From Trichosphaerium sp. ATCC 40318 (Eukaryota > Protista > Tubulinea), in assembly GCA_038496445.1 (NCBI GenBank), contig JALMLS010000448.1:277296-341295 (forward strand): 64,000 nucleotides of DNA, written 5' to 3'. Below the pieces are notes generated by a model, which saw only the letters and a program-made list of their open reading frames with translations, was not told where the DNA came from and did no database searches. Shown here piece after piece: positions 29,226 to 42,007 of the stretch. A program made the position numbers and the translations under genes. The number at the start of each line of letters is the position of its first letter. The first letter of the stretch is position 1.

Positions 29226-32101
29226 TCAAGCAGAATAGTCATCAGAGTCCGAGTCATTATCTTGAAAACTAAGTTGTGTATTCTTAGTCTCTTCACGTGT
29301 TTTACGTAAAGCTTCATCCTCTTCTTTGTCTTTCTCCTGTCTATCATTATATACTTTGAACCAGAAAGGACTTTCTTTAGTCTTATCAGCATACTTCAAC
29401 AACGCTTCCCTTGGATCCTCACCTGAAGAAAAAGAAAAAAAGTCAACAAGACATCCACACAAAAAAAAACCAACAAATATCACGTGTAACAACACGTGTT
29501 ATGATATAATATAGTAAAATATATCTAACGTACCAAACGCTTCTTTTCTGACCAACTGTTTGAGTAAATGCTGTGAAACGCTTGTTCCCAACTTTCCTCC
29601 TTTACCCGGACCAGCAACAGGTGCTTCTGGTCTAGCCGATAATCTAGGGTCGAGTTTTGCCTTTTTTCGTTGTGTTTGGCGTGAAGGTTCATCCCTGAAC
29701 ATCTTTATAGCATGTGGTGTCTTGATACGAACATAAGACTTATTTGTATCCTCGATTGTTCTCTTCCTAGCTTTTTTCACAACACTCAAAAGAACACCCT
29801 TTGTCGAGTGTTCTGGAGAGTATAAACAGTGCACGTGATTATCAGCACAACCCACAAATATTTGATTAATATGGTCATTCCATGCAATAGCAATAACAGA
29901 ATCCTGGGATACAGCTAAACAAATAAATCAGCACAACAATGAGAAAACAAAAAAAACACTCGCGACATGCTCAAGCGGACTGTCCATACAGTCTTTTTGA
30001 TTAGAACACGTACGTAATCGTTTTACAATCTCAAGTTTCTTCTTATCAACAAACACAAGATCTCCTGTTCCTTCTCCACGACGACAAGAAGTACCACAAA
30101 CAATTAGATCATCCTTTGGACTAAACAAGCAACTACTCTCATCATAGCGATTACTCAAGTCTGAGAATGTCTCCAAAGGTCTAGTAAACTTTCTTACATC
30201 CCATACTACAAGATACAGTAAACAAACAAATCCATTACGGACAAAAACTCCTCAAATGATGTACCTTTCAATGTGTCATCACGGCCACGAGAGATAAGTG
30301 TACGAGTATCTGAAGAGAAAGCTAAACTTGAAGTATCTGTTTTAGGTGTATGCGCTTTAAGTGCTTGCTTCTTAGCACGGGTATATGGTCCTAGAGATTA
30401 AAAGTTAATAGCTGATAGCATAAACATTGCAGACTGAAGGGGTTCTTTGAAGGGAATCGAGAGCTTCACTCTTGAGAGATTGCGTACCTTTACCAGAGTA
30501 TAGATATATACCACCATCTTGCGATGCAGCAGCAATGTATTTATTATCTTTAGAGACAGTGAACGTAGATACAGGCACTTTAACAACGCCGCCACGATTT
30601 CCTTTTACTTTAATTACTTCTTTTTGTTTACCAGACTCATAATCCCATATTCTATCATAAAAAATAAGCCACCATACGAACACATAACGTATGGTCACCA
30701 TGGAATAAAAGAAAACCATGATGGAAACCAAAGAAGAACAAGAAAAACAAATTTCCAAAAAAAAATAAACTGTCGAATGAAACTTGGCTGTAGTTGGATA
30801 TAACCTAGCTTACCTTACTGTAGAATCAAGTGACGATGTTAAACAAAGTTTATCATCTGTTGGATGCCACATACAATGTGTCAAACCGCCAATATGACCT
30901 GAAGTATGCTTCATATCTGCAATATACATATACCCTTTCGCAAACGTCTGTACTTTCTTTCCATCGCGTGTGAATACTCTAGCTTGCATACCAGCAGGTG
31001 CCACTATAAATCTTGATCCCTTTTTAGAGTAGGAAAGAGCTTAAAACGTTAGAAGAAAGCAAAACAAAACAAAAATATAAAATGACGATTAACGCCCAAA
31101 GCAAGCTTCTAATCGCTTGTTTTTAATTGATATATACGTATAAACACATACCTTTAATAGGTTGACCTTCCATAGGTTCCAAATCCCTGAAACAACTCAA
31201 CCGTTGATCCATACCAGCAAAATTCCAAAATCGACATTTATAATCTAAACCTCCAGAGATCATACGACTCCCAGTTTTATCAATAGTCAATGCTGATACA
31301 GCTTTTGTATGACCTTTTAAAAGGACTTCATGTGTTATAGGTAAATCATAAGGATCATCTTCTACCTCTTCATCAACTTCGCCCATAATGACATCCAATC
31401 CTGTTTTTTCTCTTGGTTTTTTTCCAAAACCAGGTTCAAGTTGTGGAATTGTATCAAACCCAAACTTCAGGATTGGAGCAGGAGCTTTATTCTTTGCTAT
31501 ACGACGCTCCTTTATTTCATCTTCTACTGTCTTTGAGGCTGGTACCTAGAAAGAAGCTGTGTAAGAGAAAAAAACGTCTATTTGCAATAAATGAGAATAG
31601 GCAAAAAAAAAAGTTCTCAGACGCGTTTTAATGATCGAGTTGCTATGGTATTTTTGATTAAGAGGTTTTTTAACTTACTACTTTTCTACGCCTTGTTTTT
31701 TCGTAGGCTGAATTCTTAATATCTTCAACTGTAGGTTCTTGAAAGTCTATTATTTGTGTTGCTTGCGCCATAACAGTTTTTTTAACTGGTTGTTCTGTTT
31801 TCAAAGGTTAGTTTACATTATTGGTGCTAGGAGACGCTCTTCTTCGCGAAATAAGACATAAAAAGGTGTAACGAATAATTATTTCACGTACTTGGTCGAC
31901 GTCTGCCAAAACCCTTCATTTCGCGCAGTTTGCGCTACATAGGTGTTAGAAAAACAGTAGTAGCGAGATAAACGAAGCTGTCAATGAACTGTATAACACT
32001 GAGTGCGTATGAATGCACAGCGTTAACGACACGGTTTTTTGACTATTGCGTATTTGTTTCTAAAGCTTTACCATCTCTTCGAGTTCCTCTTCGTCTTCCA
32101 T
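29226..32101 (-). CDS. WDR70: WD repeat-containing protein 70 (gastrulation defective 1 homolog)
   Basis: LPITHEVLLKGHTKAVSAL..GSRMISGGLDY..FWNFAGMD, KGYMYIADMKHTSGH, RIKTPHAIKMFRD, GPGKGGKLG, EDPREALLKYA. Confidence 0.92.
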
Positions 32102-32665
32102 TGTGACAATAAGATAAAACGCCTATTGCTTGCCTTTTCTAACAAAACTAAGTCAACACTGGTGTTTATTGCCCTCCGCTGTTTTTCTACATAGTTTTTT
32201 CTCGCAAGAACCACTCGCCCTCAGGAGCTGTCCGTCTCAAACGCTTATAACAGCCACGTGCAATTTTACTACTCTTTCAAAAAGTGTCTACAGTATTAGA
32301 GGAGTACCAGACGGTATATTTGGGTCCCAAACAACATTTTGCTGTTTGTTTAAGCAACTATTTTTGTTTTGTCTAAGTCACTGAGTTTCTGAATTTTTTA
32401 TTCGTAGCTTAATCGCCATCGTTTCTCGTTGTTAATTAATAGGTACGACGTCCTCACCTTCATAGTATATAGCCGCATTAGCATAAAAGCCTTTCAAATC
32501 AGCACATTTCTATGTATTTATTTTACTACCGCTATTGGCGTAGCGCGTGGCGTAATTTGAAGCTATTTTATGATACTTTGTATCGTTTCTCGAGATTTTC
32601 AACTGGTGTTTTAATCTTGCCTAAAATCGCTTCATATCGCTCACATCACCGTAGATTCTAGAAAA

Positions 32666-33123
32666 ATGAGCACAGAAAATCCAACAGTTGAAGGAGGTGA
32701 GGCACAACCAGAAGGAGAGAACCGCGCCATATACGCAAAAGTATTGAAAGTTCTTGGTCGTACAGGTACAGAAAAACGCTAAAATATGAAAACAAAGCCA
32801 TTTTATGGCAAAAGTGGTATAAAGTTATAAATCTAACTGTTAAAAGGCCGACGTGGTGGTGTTACACAAGTTCGCGTTGAACTAATTTCCGAAGGCGATA
32901 AGAAGCGTGTTATGTTGAGAAACGTCAGAGGACCAGTCAGAGAAGGTTCGTTAGCCTCTAATACGCTACACAAAGCGCATTATCGAAAAAACATTTTTTG
33001 GAAGCGTCAATTCCATCAAAATTGCCTCATTTACGTTGTATTAATTGTTTAAACACTTACGTTGTGACAGGTGATATCTTATTTCTACTCGAATGCGAGA
33101 GAGAAGCACGCCGACTCAGATAA
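32666..33123 (+). CDS. RPS28: 40S ribosomal protein S28 (eS28), 3 exons; absent from the ORF track
   Basis: Spliced MSTENPTVEGGEAQPEGENRAIYAKVLKVLGRTG|RRGGVTQVRVELISEGDKKRVMLRNVRGPVREG|DILFLLECEREARRLR*. Confidence 0.96.
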
Positions 33124-33504
33124 AAAACATGAAAAAAAACAGTCACTTTGTAAAATGCTGTACACAAAGAATTTTGTTCTCGACGAGAGTGTTATTCATT
33201 ATTTGTTATGATTAAACATAAATTAAAGAACGAGAATATTTTTACATAAGTACAATCGTCTTGTTTTATTATTATTGAAACATCTTTGTTTGAGAGCTTT
33301 GTTTGACGCGACTTCTAGTTCGTGCATTGTTTTGACAAAAAAAAAGAACAATGCCTTCTTTCATAAGTCGCCCTCTTTGCGTTTGATACGAGATCGCATT
33401 CATTTGCGCCAACGCCATGGACTAAATATGTACATGAATTTGTTTCTACGCATCATCCAATTGTATCTTTTTTTAAATGTTAATTATCACAACGTTATGC
33501 GTGG

Positions 33505-33840
33505 TTATTGTTGATGCGTTTTAGCGTACCTTTGTGTTTGAAGCGTTTTTTCTAAATTATCAATTGTACCAGACAAGTATGTTTTCGCCTGTTGTTTTCG
33601 TTGGTACTGCTTGAATTGGTCTTGTTGCATTTTTTGCTGCTGTTTGAAGGCTGCTTCAGCTGCGTCTGCTGCAGCATCAGTTTTAGGAGCTCCAGGTCGT
33701 CGAAATCGCTGGGTGGCGTGTACTACACGATTTGCGAGGCCACGGACAAATGTTTGAAATACTGGGCTCTTTAATATCTGTGGTACGACGTACATACGCG
33801 CAGCGTTGAATAAGAGCCTGAGCAACGTCTGCTGCCACAT
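33505..33840 (-). CDS. Small basic helical protein, possibly MRX7/NCBP2-AS2-like mitochondrial protein
   Basis: Single ORF MWQQTLLRLLFNAARMYVVPQILKSPVFQTFVRGLANRV. The ILKSPVFQTFVR segment resembles, from memory, the yeast Mrx7 motif. Confidence 0.5.
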   Translation of the reverse strand: MWQQTLLRLLFNAARMYVVPQILKSPVFQTFVRGLANRVVHATQRFRRPGAPKTDAAADAAEAAFKQQQKMQQDQFKQYQRKQQAKTYLSGTIDNLEKTLQTQRYAKTHQQ

Positions 33841-33978
33841 TGTATTCACCTGTCACTTTACTTTGGCTTAAGCAGTGAAATCATCTTTCTTTTTGTTGAA
33901 ATAACTACTACGTGAGCTCAACAACAACAGTAGATTGTTACATTTATATTTTTTACAAGTTATTACTGTTTTGGCGGT

Positions 33979-36460
33979 TTAAACCATATCATTAATGAAG
34001 CTAAACGTGGGATCGTAGTTGTCTAGGCTCATGCTATTGTGCAACGGCTCTAGTTCATCCCAGAAAGATTCATAGTCTGCACTATTTGTTAAACAGTCTG
34101 CAAAGGTACTATCTTGGACAGTAGACGGTTTTGGTCGCGTTGGTTTCGCCTTATCCGCTACACTCTGGTACCGCCTTCGTTTTTTAACGCGTTTTGGTTG
34201 TTTCTTTTCCTTTGCATCCTTTTTAACAGGAGCACGTTTCTTGGTACGTTTAGAGCGTGGTGCTGTCTTTTTGACACGCTTTTCCTTATTCACGTCAGTC
34301 TTTTCAACCAAGAGCACAACGTACCTTCTTAACTCCTTTTTTACACGCACTAGATGGTACTGGTGCAACCAATACTGAACCTGACGCCAAGATATGCTCT
34401 TGACACATTGTGTCATTCGTTAAAGGTTGCGGTGGTTCTAAAAAGGCGTAAGGGAGTGATGGTACGCCATTTACAAGGTTGTATTTGTACCATATGTCAA
34501 CCGCGATGTTGAAGCGCTTCGTCCCTGTAACTCGAAGTGATGTTGTAGGGGATAATTAACATTTGTTTTTTGTTGTTGTGGTGGCTTTGTAGATTCGCAC
34601 CAAGACATAGTTCTTCTCATTTGTTGTGTTTTACGCCGTTTATTAGGTGATGAACTAAAAAGAGAAGTTTGAGCACGTGTTCAAAATGCGTAACTAAATG
34701 AAAAAAGCATGGCGATCGATTTTTTTTGTTGAGGATAAGAAGAAACTCTTCGAGTTTTTATTCCTCGTCTTGAACACTTGGAGTACCTCAATTCACCGCT
34801 TCCTCGCTTATTTGTTACAGGTCGTACAATGCTGCAATTTTTATTCAGATCCAAGCGCTACATAGCACGTGATGGTTAGATCTTTGCTTGATCAATAAAA
34901 AAAAACGAAAAGAGAAGTGAGTAATTTGCGTACCTGAGCTTGCATTGCAGGTGGAGCGCTGTGAGTAAGTGCAAACGAATGCCTGCGTGCCTATGGACAC
35001 GTAAATACTATTGCTGAAATTGATCAGGGATAACGCACTAGTACAGGCGCTGGAGGGTAGTGATGATGACTGCTTCTGCCAGAGAACGGTGCTTGTATGT
35101 ATCTCGGATAGTTTAAGTAGTAATTGTTATCGTATGGCTGTACATATCGATTATCAACTCTTGGCGGTGCTAAATAATTGATATGAACATCAAACAATTT
35201 TATACAGATTCCCGTAAGGAAACTTGTTTTAACACGTGCGGTTGGATTAAACACGTTTAACCAAACTATTTTGTACTTGTTTTAATGCCGTACATATAAA
35301 TAAAGCCTGTGGGGCATGATTCCGCTCTCTGTATGTATTCTCTTCCCTGTATGCCATAAGAAGCGTTTTTTTGTTCTATTAGTGTTTTAATGAATTGAGT
35401 AGTAATGTAGGTCAAAAATAGTTGAAATAGGGTATTTATCATGGTAGAAGAAGCGTAAGGTGAACTATGTTCTTAATTGGCGCCTTATGATTTCGGCAAT
35501 TTCTTTTTAACGTACGATTTTGGCACGTGTTACACGTGGTCGTTTATTTTGTAGTACGTGTTATTCAATAACAGTAACTGATAAGAGTTTTATTGTTCTG
35601 AAATAACTTAGCTGTTTAATTAAGTTCAGCTGAACCACTGTTAGGTAGGGTAGCACTGCCTCTTCACTGGTAGTAAATGATATGAATTCCATTTTGTTGT
35701 TAACTTGTATCACAGAACAAAGACAGTTCTATAATTAAAACGGATGTATGCATGGTATGTTGGTGATAGTTGTACAGGTAATACTCAATTGTATTGCAAG
35801 CGTGGTGATTTATTTTTGCGTTTTAGTAGAAATCAGAAGCTACCTTTGACTGTCATCTTGAAGGTTAGAAAAGGCGCAAGAAACATGCTAAATGGTATGT
35901 CCGTAGTTGTTCGGGAGTAGGTTTTGTCTCTTTAACGTTGTTAAAATGGTGTGCAACACGCAACAAAGTAGTGCGATTCTAAGATACGAATGTGAAATTA
36001 ATATTGTTCGTGGTGGTGTAAAAGAATGGAATATCTGTTACATGTGTATGATTACCGGTGCACGAGCTCGCGAACAAACGCTTTCCCGCAAGTGATCAGA
36101 GCAAAGGATTCATCTACGTCTTCATTCGTTTGTTCAGTAGATGGCAAGGTTTGTTTTTGAGCCTCCTGCTTAAACGTGTATAGGATAGTGAGTAACTGGT
36201 TAGCGAATTGTAAAACTACACAAAGTAGAAATGGAGTTTTCTTATTTTTTTTCCGGTAAACTACTGGCAGAGTTGCTACACTTTAGTAATCGCGTGTTTC
36301 TAGACGCTCTTGAACATACACTCTACTTGAACGTGTATGTTTTTTTTTGGTGGAGATAACGCTGGAACGTGAGGCTGTATTGTGCAACACTAAAATAATA
36401 TTGTGCGTACCCTTCAAGTCACGACATTATCTGAAATAAGGCATAGTGATTTTGATTATC
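33979..36460 (-). CDS. Multi-exon low-complexity, basic (probably nuclear) hypothetical protein; 5' end uncertain
   Basis: Exons from ~35370 downward splice in frame: ...QALFIS|PPRVD...PPAPVL|ARRHSF..MQAQ|RLDLN..GELS|SSPNKRRK..LTY|EPPQ..GVKK|EKRVKKTAPR...INDMV*. Exons upstream of that are not resolved. Confidence 0.55.
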
Positions 36461-37470
36461 AGCATTGTATCTATTGTGAGCGAACCAAAGTCTACTGAGG
36501 GTCATTAATCCTACGCAGTTTTCGAACGGTTGCCAACCGCGTAAACCGGTCAGTATGTAGATCACGGAAAGCGCTTGTATCCTATGGGTCGCAACAAGCT
36601 GATGAGCAGTGTTTACGCGTTTTCAACTGTGATCACTGTTGTTGGTGCATAACCAGCTCAAAAGAGCTTTAAAGTATCGTGAATCTAAGAGGTATACGTT
36701 GTGGGTCTTGCTAATGCATTAGAGTCTACAAAAAGAAAAGGCAAATGCTATTTTGAGCTGAAAGAGCACCAAAAAGGTTACAGTGGCACTACAGTTATGC
36801 GATCATCTCTCATAATACATACAAGCCTGTTTGAGAGCAAGAGTCAACTGAAAATCGGTAACGGTACGATCACGTTTTTTTTGAAACCGAAAAGGCAGGT
36901 AACAGGTTCAAATCGCCGCCAACGCTATAATTCATTTACGTTATAAAATCGAGACATGTTTTGAGTGACAAGCGCGTGAGGGAAGCTACAATGGAAAGAT
37001 CAACCTTTTTTTGGATCAGAACAACACAAAAACACCTTGCTTTACATTAATAACATAGCCCCAGTAAAAAAAGGTTGATTACGCAAATTCTCGGTTCTCC
37101 ATATTCTTATTGCCTTAATATCCATTTTAAATATAGAATAGCCTCAAAATACGCGTAGAAGACACCACACGGTAACGCAGAAACCGGTGTATGTTGCATT
37201 TAAGTCTTTTTTGAATTTCACTTTTTTTCACATTTGTTTCTCAACAAGGTACTCTCGATTTACTTCATAACTCCACATCTTAAGTCTCAACATCGAAATC
37301 CGTATATATGCTATCATTTCGCCTTGATATGCTTTGATTAACCTGTACAACGCATTGGACCGGTTTTCTCAAAAACCGTAGCAAACCACAATTTTTTTGC
37401 AATAAGAAATTACTTTATCTAGTGGAAGCATACGAATACTACAACTATAATATCTATACTTCTGCTTGAC

Positions 37471-37740
37471 ATGTCAAGACTACTCCGAGCAGTGCGAAAG
37501 TACGCTCGTAAAAAATACGATTCTCTACTGGGCAGACCATTAGTGATTAAAGTCACGGTCACAGTCCCTAAAAGCATCCTGGTTCAAACCAGACCAAACT
37601 ACACCTACGCTCTGACTTGGGACCCACAGGTAGAAGACCTCTACTACCCACCTACAGGCGTATCAAATATCATAATGATATCCAGCTACGACGACGATCT
37701 AGCAAAAATGGCATTCGAAGGCGGAAGCCCAAGAATGTAA
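37471..37740 (+). CDS. Intronless 89-aa orphan ORF followed directly by an A-rich tail (retroposed or mobile-element-like)
   Basis: Codons mostly end in A/C (CTA, CGA, GCA, TAC, GAC), unlike the T-ending host genes. The stop codon runs into (A)n-CC tracts at 37741-37797. Confidence 0.5.
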   Translation: MSRLLRAVRKYARKKYDSLLGRPLVIKVTVTVPKSILVQTRPNYTYALTWDPQVEDLYYPPTGVSNIIMISSYDDDLAKMAFEGGSPRM

Positions 37741-37797
37741 AAAAAAAAAAAACCAAAAAAAAAAAAAAACCAAAAAAAAAAAACTAAAAATCCAAAA
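37741..37797 (+). repeat. Interrupted poly(A) tract, (A)nCC repeats
   Basis: AAAAAAAAAAAACC AAAAAAAAAAAAAAACC AAAAAAAAAAACT AAAAATCC AAAA. Confidence 0.9.
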
Positions 37798-38142
37798 CTT
37801 TTGCTAGAAAAAGTCCCTTGCAACAACAAGAGGCGGTTGCACCCTTTTTGCTATCAACCTAGTAAGCAAAGTGAAATTGCTCCTTGAATTGGAGGAAGTA
37901 AGGAAATTATTTTGACACTTTCCTTTTTTGTAGACAATCCAAAAAAGCTATTCCAACAATTTGATTTATCACTAGTACCTCCTATACCAGACTTGATGTA
38001 ATGCGCTTAAGATGTGTTCTACAAGTGTGCTTACCCATGATAATTATTTGGGCGACAAGCAGCTCCGTAAGCTATTCTCTTCTGAGTGAATTCGTCAATT
38101 TTATTCGTGCTACCATTTCTCAACAATCACAACGTACTGCCC

Positions 38143-39163
38143 ATGAGCAAAAAATTAGAGCTTTGGTCCGATTCTACGCCTAATGGATGGAAGGTAGAGC
38201 TTATGCTTAAAGATTGCGGTATTCCGTTCACCGTACGTTACAAATGACGTTTGATTTCGTAAATAACGCTTATGCGTTCTTCTGTAGTTCAAGAGGGTGC
38301 GTATCGCGCGTGGGCAACAATTTAGTGAAGAGTTTCTTGCTATTAGCCCCAATGGTAAAATACCGGCAATAATAGACTATAACAATGGGCAGCGTATATC
38401 TGGTAAGCCTTTTTGATATAAAACTGTGACCATACAACCGGCCATACTTACAAAACTTTTCAAGTATTTGAATCTGGTGCTATTTTGGTTTATTTGGCTC
38501 AAAAATACGGAAAGCACCTTCCTAACGCAGTGGATCATCCACTAGAAAATGCTCAAGTACTCCAGTGGTAAGATTACACTGACGAGTGTTAAAAACAAAA
38601 GTCACGTGATCAATTATTCGACTTACTTTTTTTTGTTCGGAAAAGGGTTTTTTGGCAAATGTCAGGTTTTGGTGCAATGCTTGGACAGGTATGAATGAAT
38701 GGATTTGTCTGTGTGGTCCCTTATTTTTATCTTAAAGGCGCATCACTTTAGGCGTTATGCTCCAGATCCTATTCCGTACGCTATCGATAGATATACACGT
38801 GAAGCAAATAGGTTGTATGGAGTGTTAGATAAGGCTCTTTCAAAACGAAAATATGTTGCAAGCGATACATTGTTTAGTATTGCGGATATAGCAATATGGC
38901 CTTGGGCTATATTTCATGGTATACAAGGCGTTGACATAGGCACGGGTTTTTTTTGTCCTCACAGGAGTCTGAAGTAACTTGAAAGTTTAGAAGAATATCC
39001 TAATGTCAAACGATGGTTTTTTATGCTTGTTGAGTCAAAACCTCATTTCAAGGAACGATGGACAAAATTTGTTGCTTGGGATAAGGCTATGAAGAATGTG
39101 AAGGTACCAGATGAAGCCAAAAAGATACTGTTTGGACCGAAGAGTATAAAAAGCAAACTATAA
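38143..39163 (+). CDS. Glutathione S-transferase, YfcG/Nu-class (Ure2p-like), C-terminal SKL
   Basis: STPNGWKV, FLAISPNGKIPAIID, VFESGAILVYLA, YAIDRYTREANRLYGVLD, SIADIAIWPW; ends ...KSIKSKL*. Confidence 0.92.
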
Positions 39164-39591
39164 ACTGCGTCATGGTAGCACGAAACAACGTGCAATTATT
39201 GTAAATTGAGAATCACGTGTGTTAAAATAAAACATCCATGGGATTACTTCTACTAAATTCTTAATTTTTATCATATCTTTAAGCTAGCGACCAATAAGTG
39301 ATCTTGCAATCTCGTAAGGATAGCGATACTAACTAGCGATACCAAATTGCTTTACTTTGTGGGTAGTAATCGATTCAAGTTTATCCTATCCTTGTAATTA
39401 ATTTCAGTGCCTTGGACGGTTGTCAGCGTACTACAAGTTAGTAATATTGCGTATGGTAATACATTGACTTACCATAAAATACATTTTTGGGGCGAAAAGT
39501 TGAAAGACAAAGGTAAATGAAAAGTCAAATCCACTTGAGTGAACAATCTAACCACAAACGAAGTACTTGGCATTTTATCTTAAATCAAACC

Positions 39592-41068
39592 ATGAGTGGC
39601 TCTTCAGCTGTTCCGTGCTTTATTCTATTTACATCACTAGGTATTTTTATACACGTTAAAGCAAGAGCGAAACGTTTTTTTAAACCTTCTGTAGTTATCA
39701 ACGTGGTAATAGTGGGAGCTTGTCAAAACGCACGTGATTGTGGGTATGGAGGCAAATGTGTTAATTCCAAGTGCGAGTGTTTTCCAACGTGGAAAGGTAA
39801 ATGAACGCTTCTAGAAAACCCAATTGTCTTAAACCAAAAAGATGCACTAACGCGCCTGTTTAGGCAACAACTGTACTCTCTTTAACTTGGAGCCTGCAAA
39901 GACTTCCAAAGCATTTTACAGACCTCAACAATCAAGTTGGGGAGGATCTGTACTCAAAGGAAGTAATGGTTCATACCACATGATGGTTGCTACAATGGAG
40001 AATAATTGCGGGCTAAATTCCTGGGAGTGTAACAGTGCAATCAGTACGTGTCAAATCACTTTCAAAAAGCCAGTTCATTTCTTACTTTCTTACTGGTGTG
40101 AAGCACATGCTATTGCCAACAATCCTCAAGGACCATATGAAGAGCAGAAAACTATTCTTGAAGCATTTGGTTCAAACCCAACACTCCACTATGATCCTGT
40201 TGAAAAGCTTTATCTTATATTTCACATTGGTCTGTACGTATTTTGTAGTATGTACCCAAGATCACTTATTACGTAATCTTAAGAGGCACTTCATACAAAA
40301 AGCGGATGCATTGCATCAATGGGGTTACAAACGGCACGTGTGGTAGCACAAGAAGTAGCAAAATAGGCGTTGGTGTTGGAATGAGTGCTCCAAATGTTTT
40401 GTATAGTCCAAGCCTTGATGGTCCTTGGAAGGAATTCGGAGAAGGAAGCGCATGGGTATTCAATAACCCAGCACCTTATATATTCCCAAACGGCATGATA
40501 GATATATTTCTTTTACTGCACGTGATTTGCAATGGGCTAACGATGTTGAAATAGGGACCGTTCTTATGTTCTACAAAATAGGATGCTCAAGTCAAGTATT
40601 TTGTAGACAGTATGCTGTAGCGAGAGCACCTCATTGGCGTGGACCTTATACATTCATTAAAAACCTTCCTGTCTATGGTGAAGATGCGTATGTCTGGCGA
40701 CAACCAATCGATGGTAGATACAAGTCTGACGTTTTTCGTTTCCTGTCACGTGTTAACTTGACTTAGGATCATTTCATATGCTTGTTCAAGGTGGCAACTA
40801 CCTACCTTTTATTCATTATAATGGTCACTGGCACACTGCTTTTTCACCGGATGGATTAAACTGGGAGTCATCAACATGGGCACCAGTATTCACAAATACA
40901 ATCCCACTTGTTAATGGTACAAAATTAACTTTCCCACGTCGAGAGAGGCATCAGTTATTGTTTAATGATCAAGGGTGGCCTTCTCACTTGTTCAATGGTG
41001 TAACAACAGGATATGAGGACTTCAGTTACACTTCAGTACAACCAATAGCAGTACCCAAGACAGAATAA
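39592..41068 (+). CDS. Secreted protein with an EGF-like domain and a GH43-like five-bladed beta-propeller glycoside hydrolase domain
   Basis: Signal peptide, CGYGGKCVNSKCECFPTWKG, SSWGGSV, GPY, NPT, NNPAP, GEDAYVW, RRERHQL. Confidence 0.7.
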
Positions 41069-42007
41069 ATAGCAAGATACATCGCTCTTGCATCTTCTTT
41101 AGCACCAATACTATTTCTTTGTTTTTGCTTTTTCTAGTTGTTCTTGGACACTTCGACTTCTTGTGGTGTTCAACATTCACTAACAGACCAGTTATTTGGT
41201 GAGTAGGTGCTTTGACTGAAAAAGTAAGTTGAGAGCTGATTAGGGTTTGTGGCCAAAATTGACACGCTAGGAGGTTTTGAGATCTGGTTGTAACTTTCGT
41301 CCTTTTTTGAAAGTTGATGATACAATAAAGTTCAGAGTGTTTTTCCTTTGTTCGTTTTGCTCGTAATAACGTACATACTACGCTGGTGATACCTTCGATA
41401 TACGCTTGGTCCATTTCATAAGCTTGCAGAGGAGAATTACGCTTCACTAATGCTGTTTTTTTTTGCAGTATCTTCGCTTATTTTGGCACGTTTTTGTGAG
41501 TTTTGAAAGTTTACTTTTGAATGTTTGTAATACCCACTAGAATGATACCAAGTATGTCTTTGTAAAGGCGTATTCGTTGACTTTCTAAGTAATTTCTCAG
41601 GAGAAATCTGGCTATATTTTTATTACGTTTTCGTTAAAAAAGAGAAGAGCAACATCTCTTCGTTTTAACAAATAATTTACAGTACCTAGATATTGTATGC
41701 AACCGGTAAATTGGTCTAAAACATCAGACGGTACGCTAGATTCTAGTTTTTGAAAAAACAAAACAGAAAAAACCGCCAAGCGTAGAACTCCTCGCAAACT
41801 TGACTAAACGAGCCAAAACTACCTTGATTATGATCATACCTAATCCTTCTTTCTACAGACTACATTTGCGACCAAGTTTGGAAAAGCCTTGCCCATTAAA
41901 ACCCTCTAACAACATTATTACTATTTGGTACGTGACACGGGATCAGTTTTTTTGATAATGGTTCCCGAGAAACTTCTGTGTACTAATTTTTTTTTTTACA
42001 GAAAATT

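Noticed and set aside
34360-34416. Homeodomain helix-3-like SWRQVQYWL in ORF 33979-34416
   Set aside because: A strong AAG|GTACGT donor and an in-frame upstream exon show that the real frame here is EPPQPLTND...GVKK; the apparent motif is off-frame.
36595-36680. Hammerhead ribozyme core (CTGATGAG followed by a stem)
   Set aside because: No GAAA follows the putative stem II, and stems I and III cannot be formed.
40230-40285. Apparent GAG splice acceptor
   Set aside because: The canonical CT|GTACGT donor with the AAG acceptor gives an open frame (HIGLGTSY).
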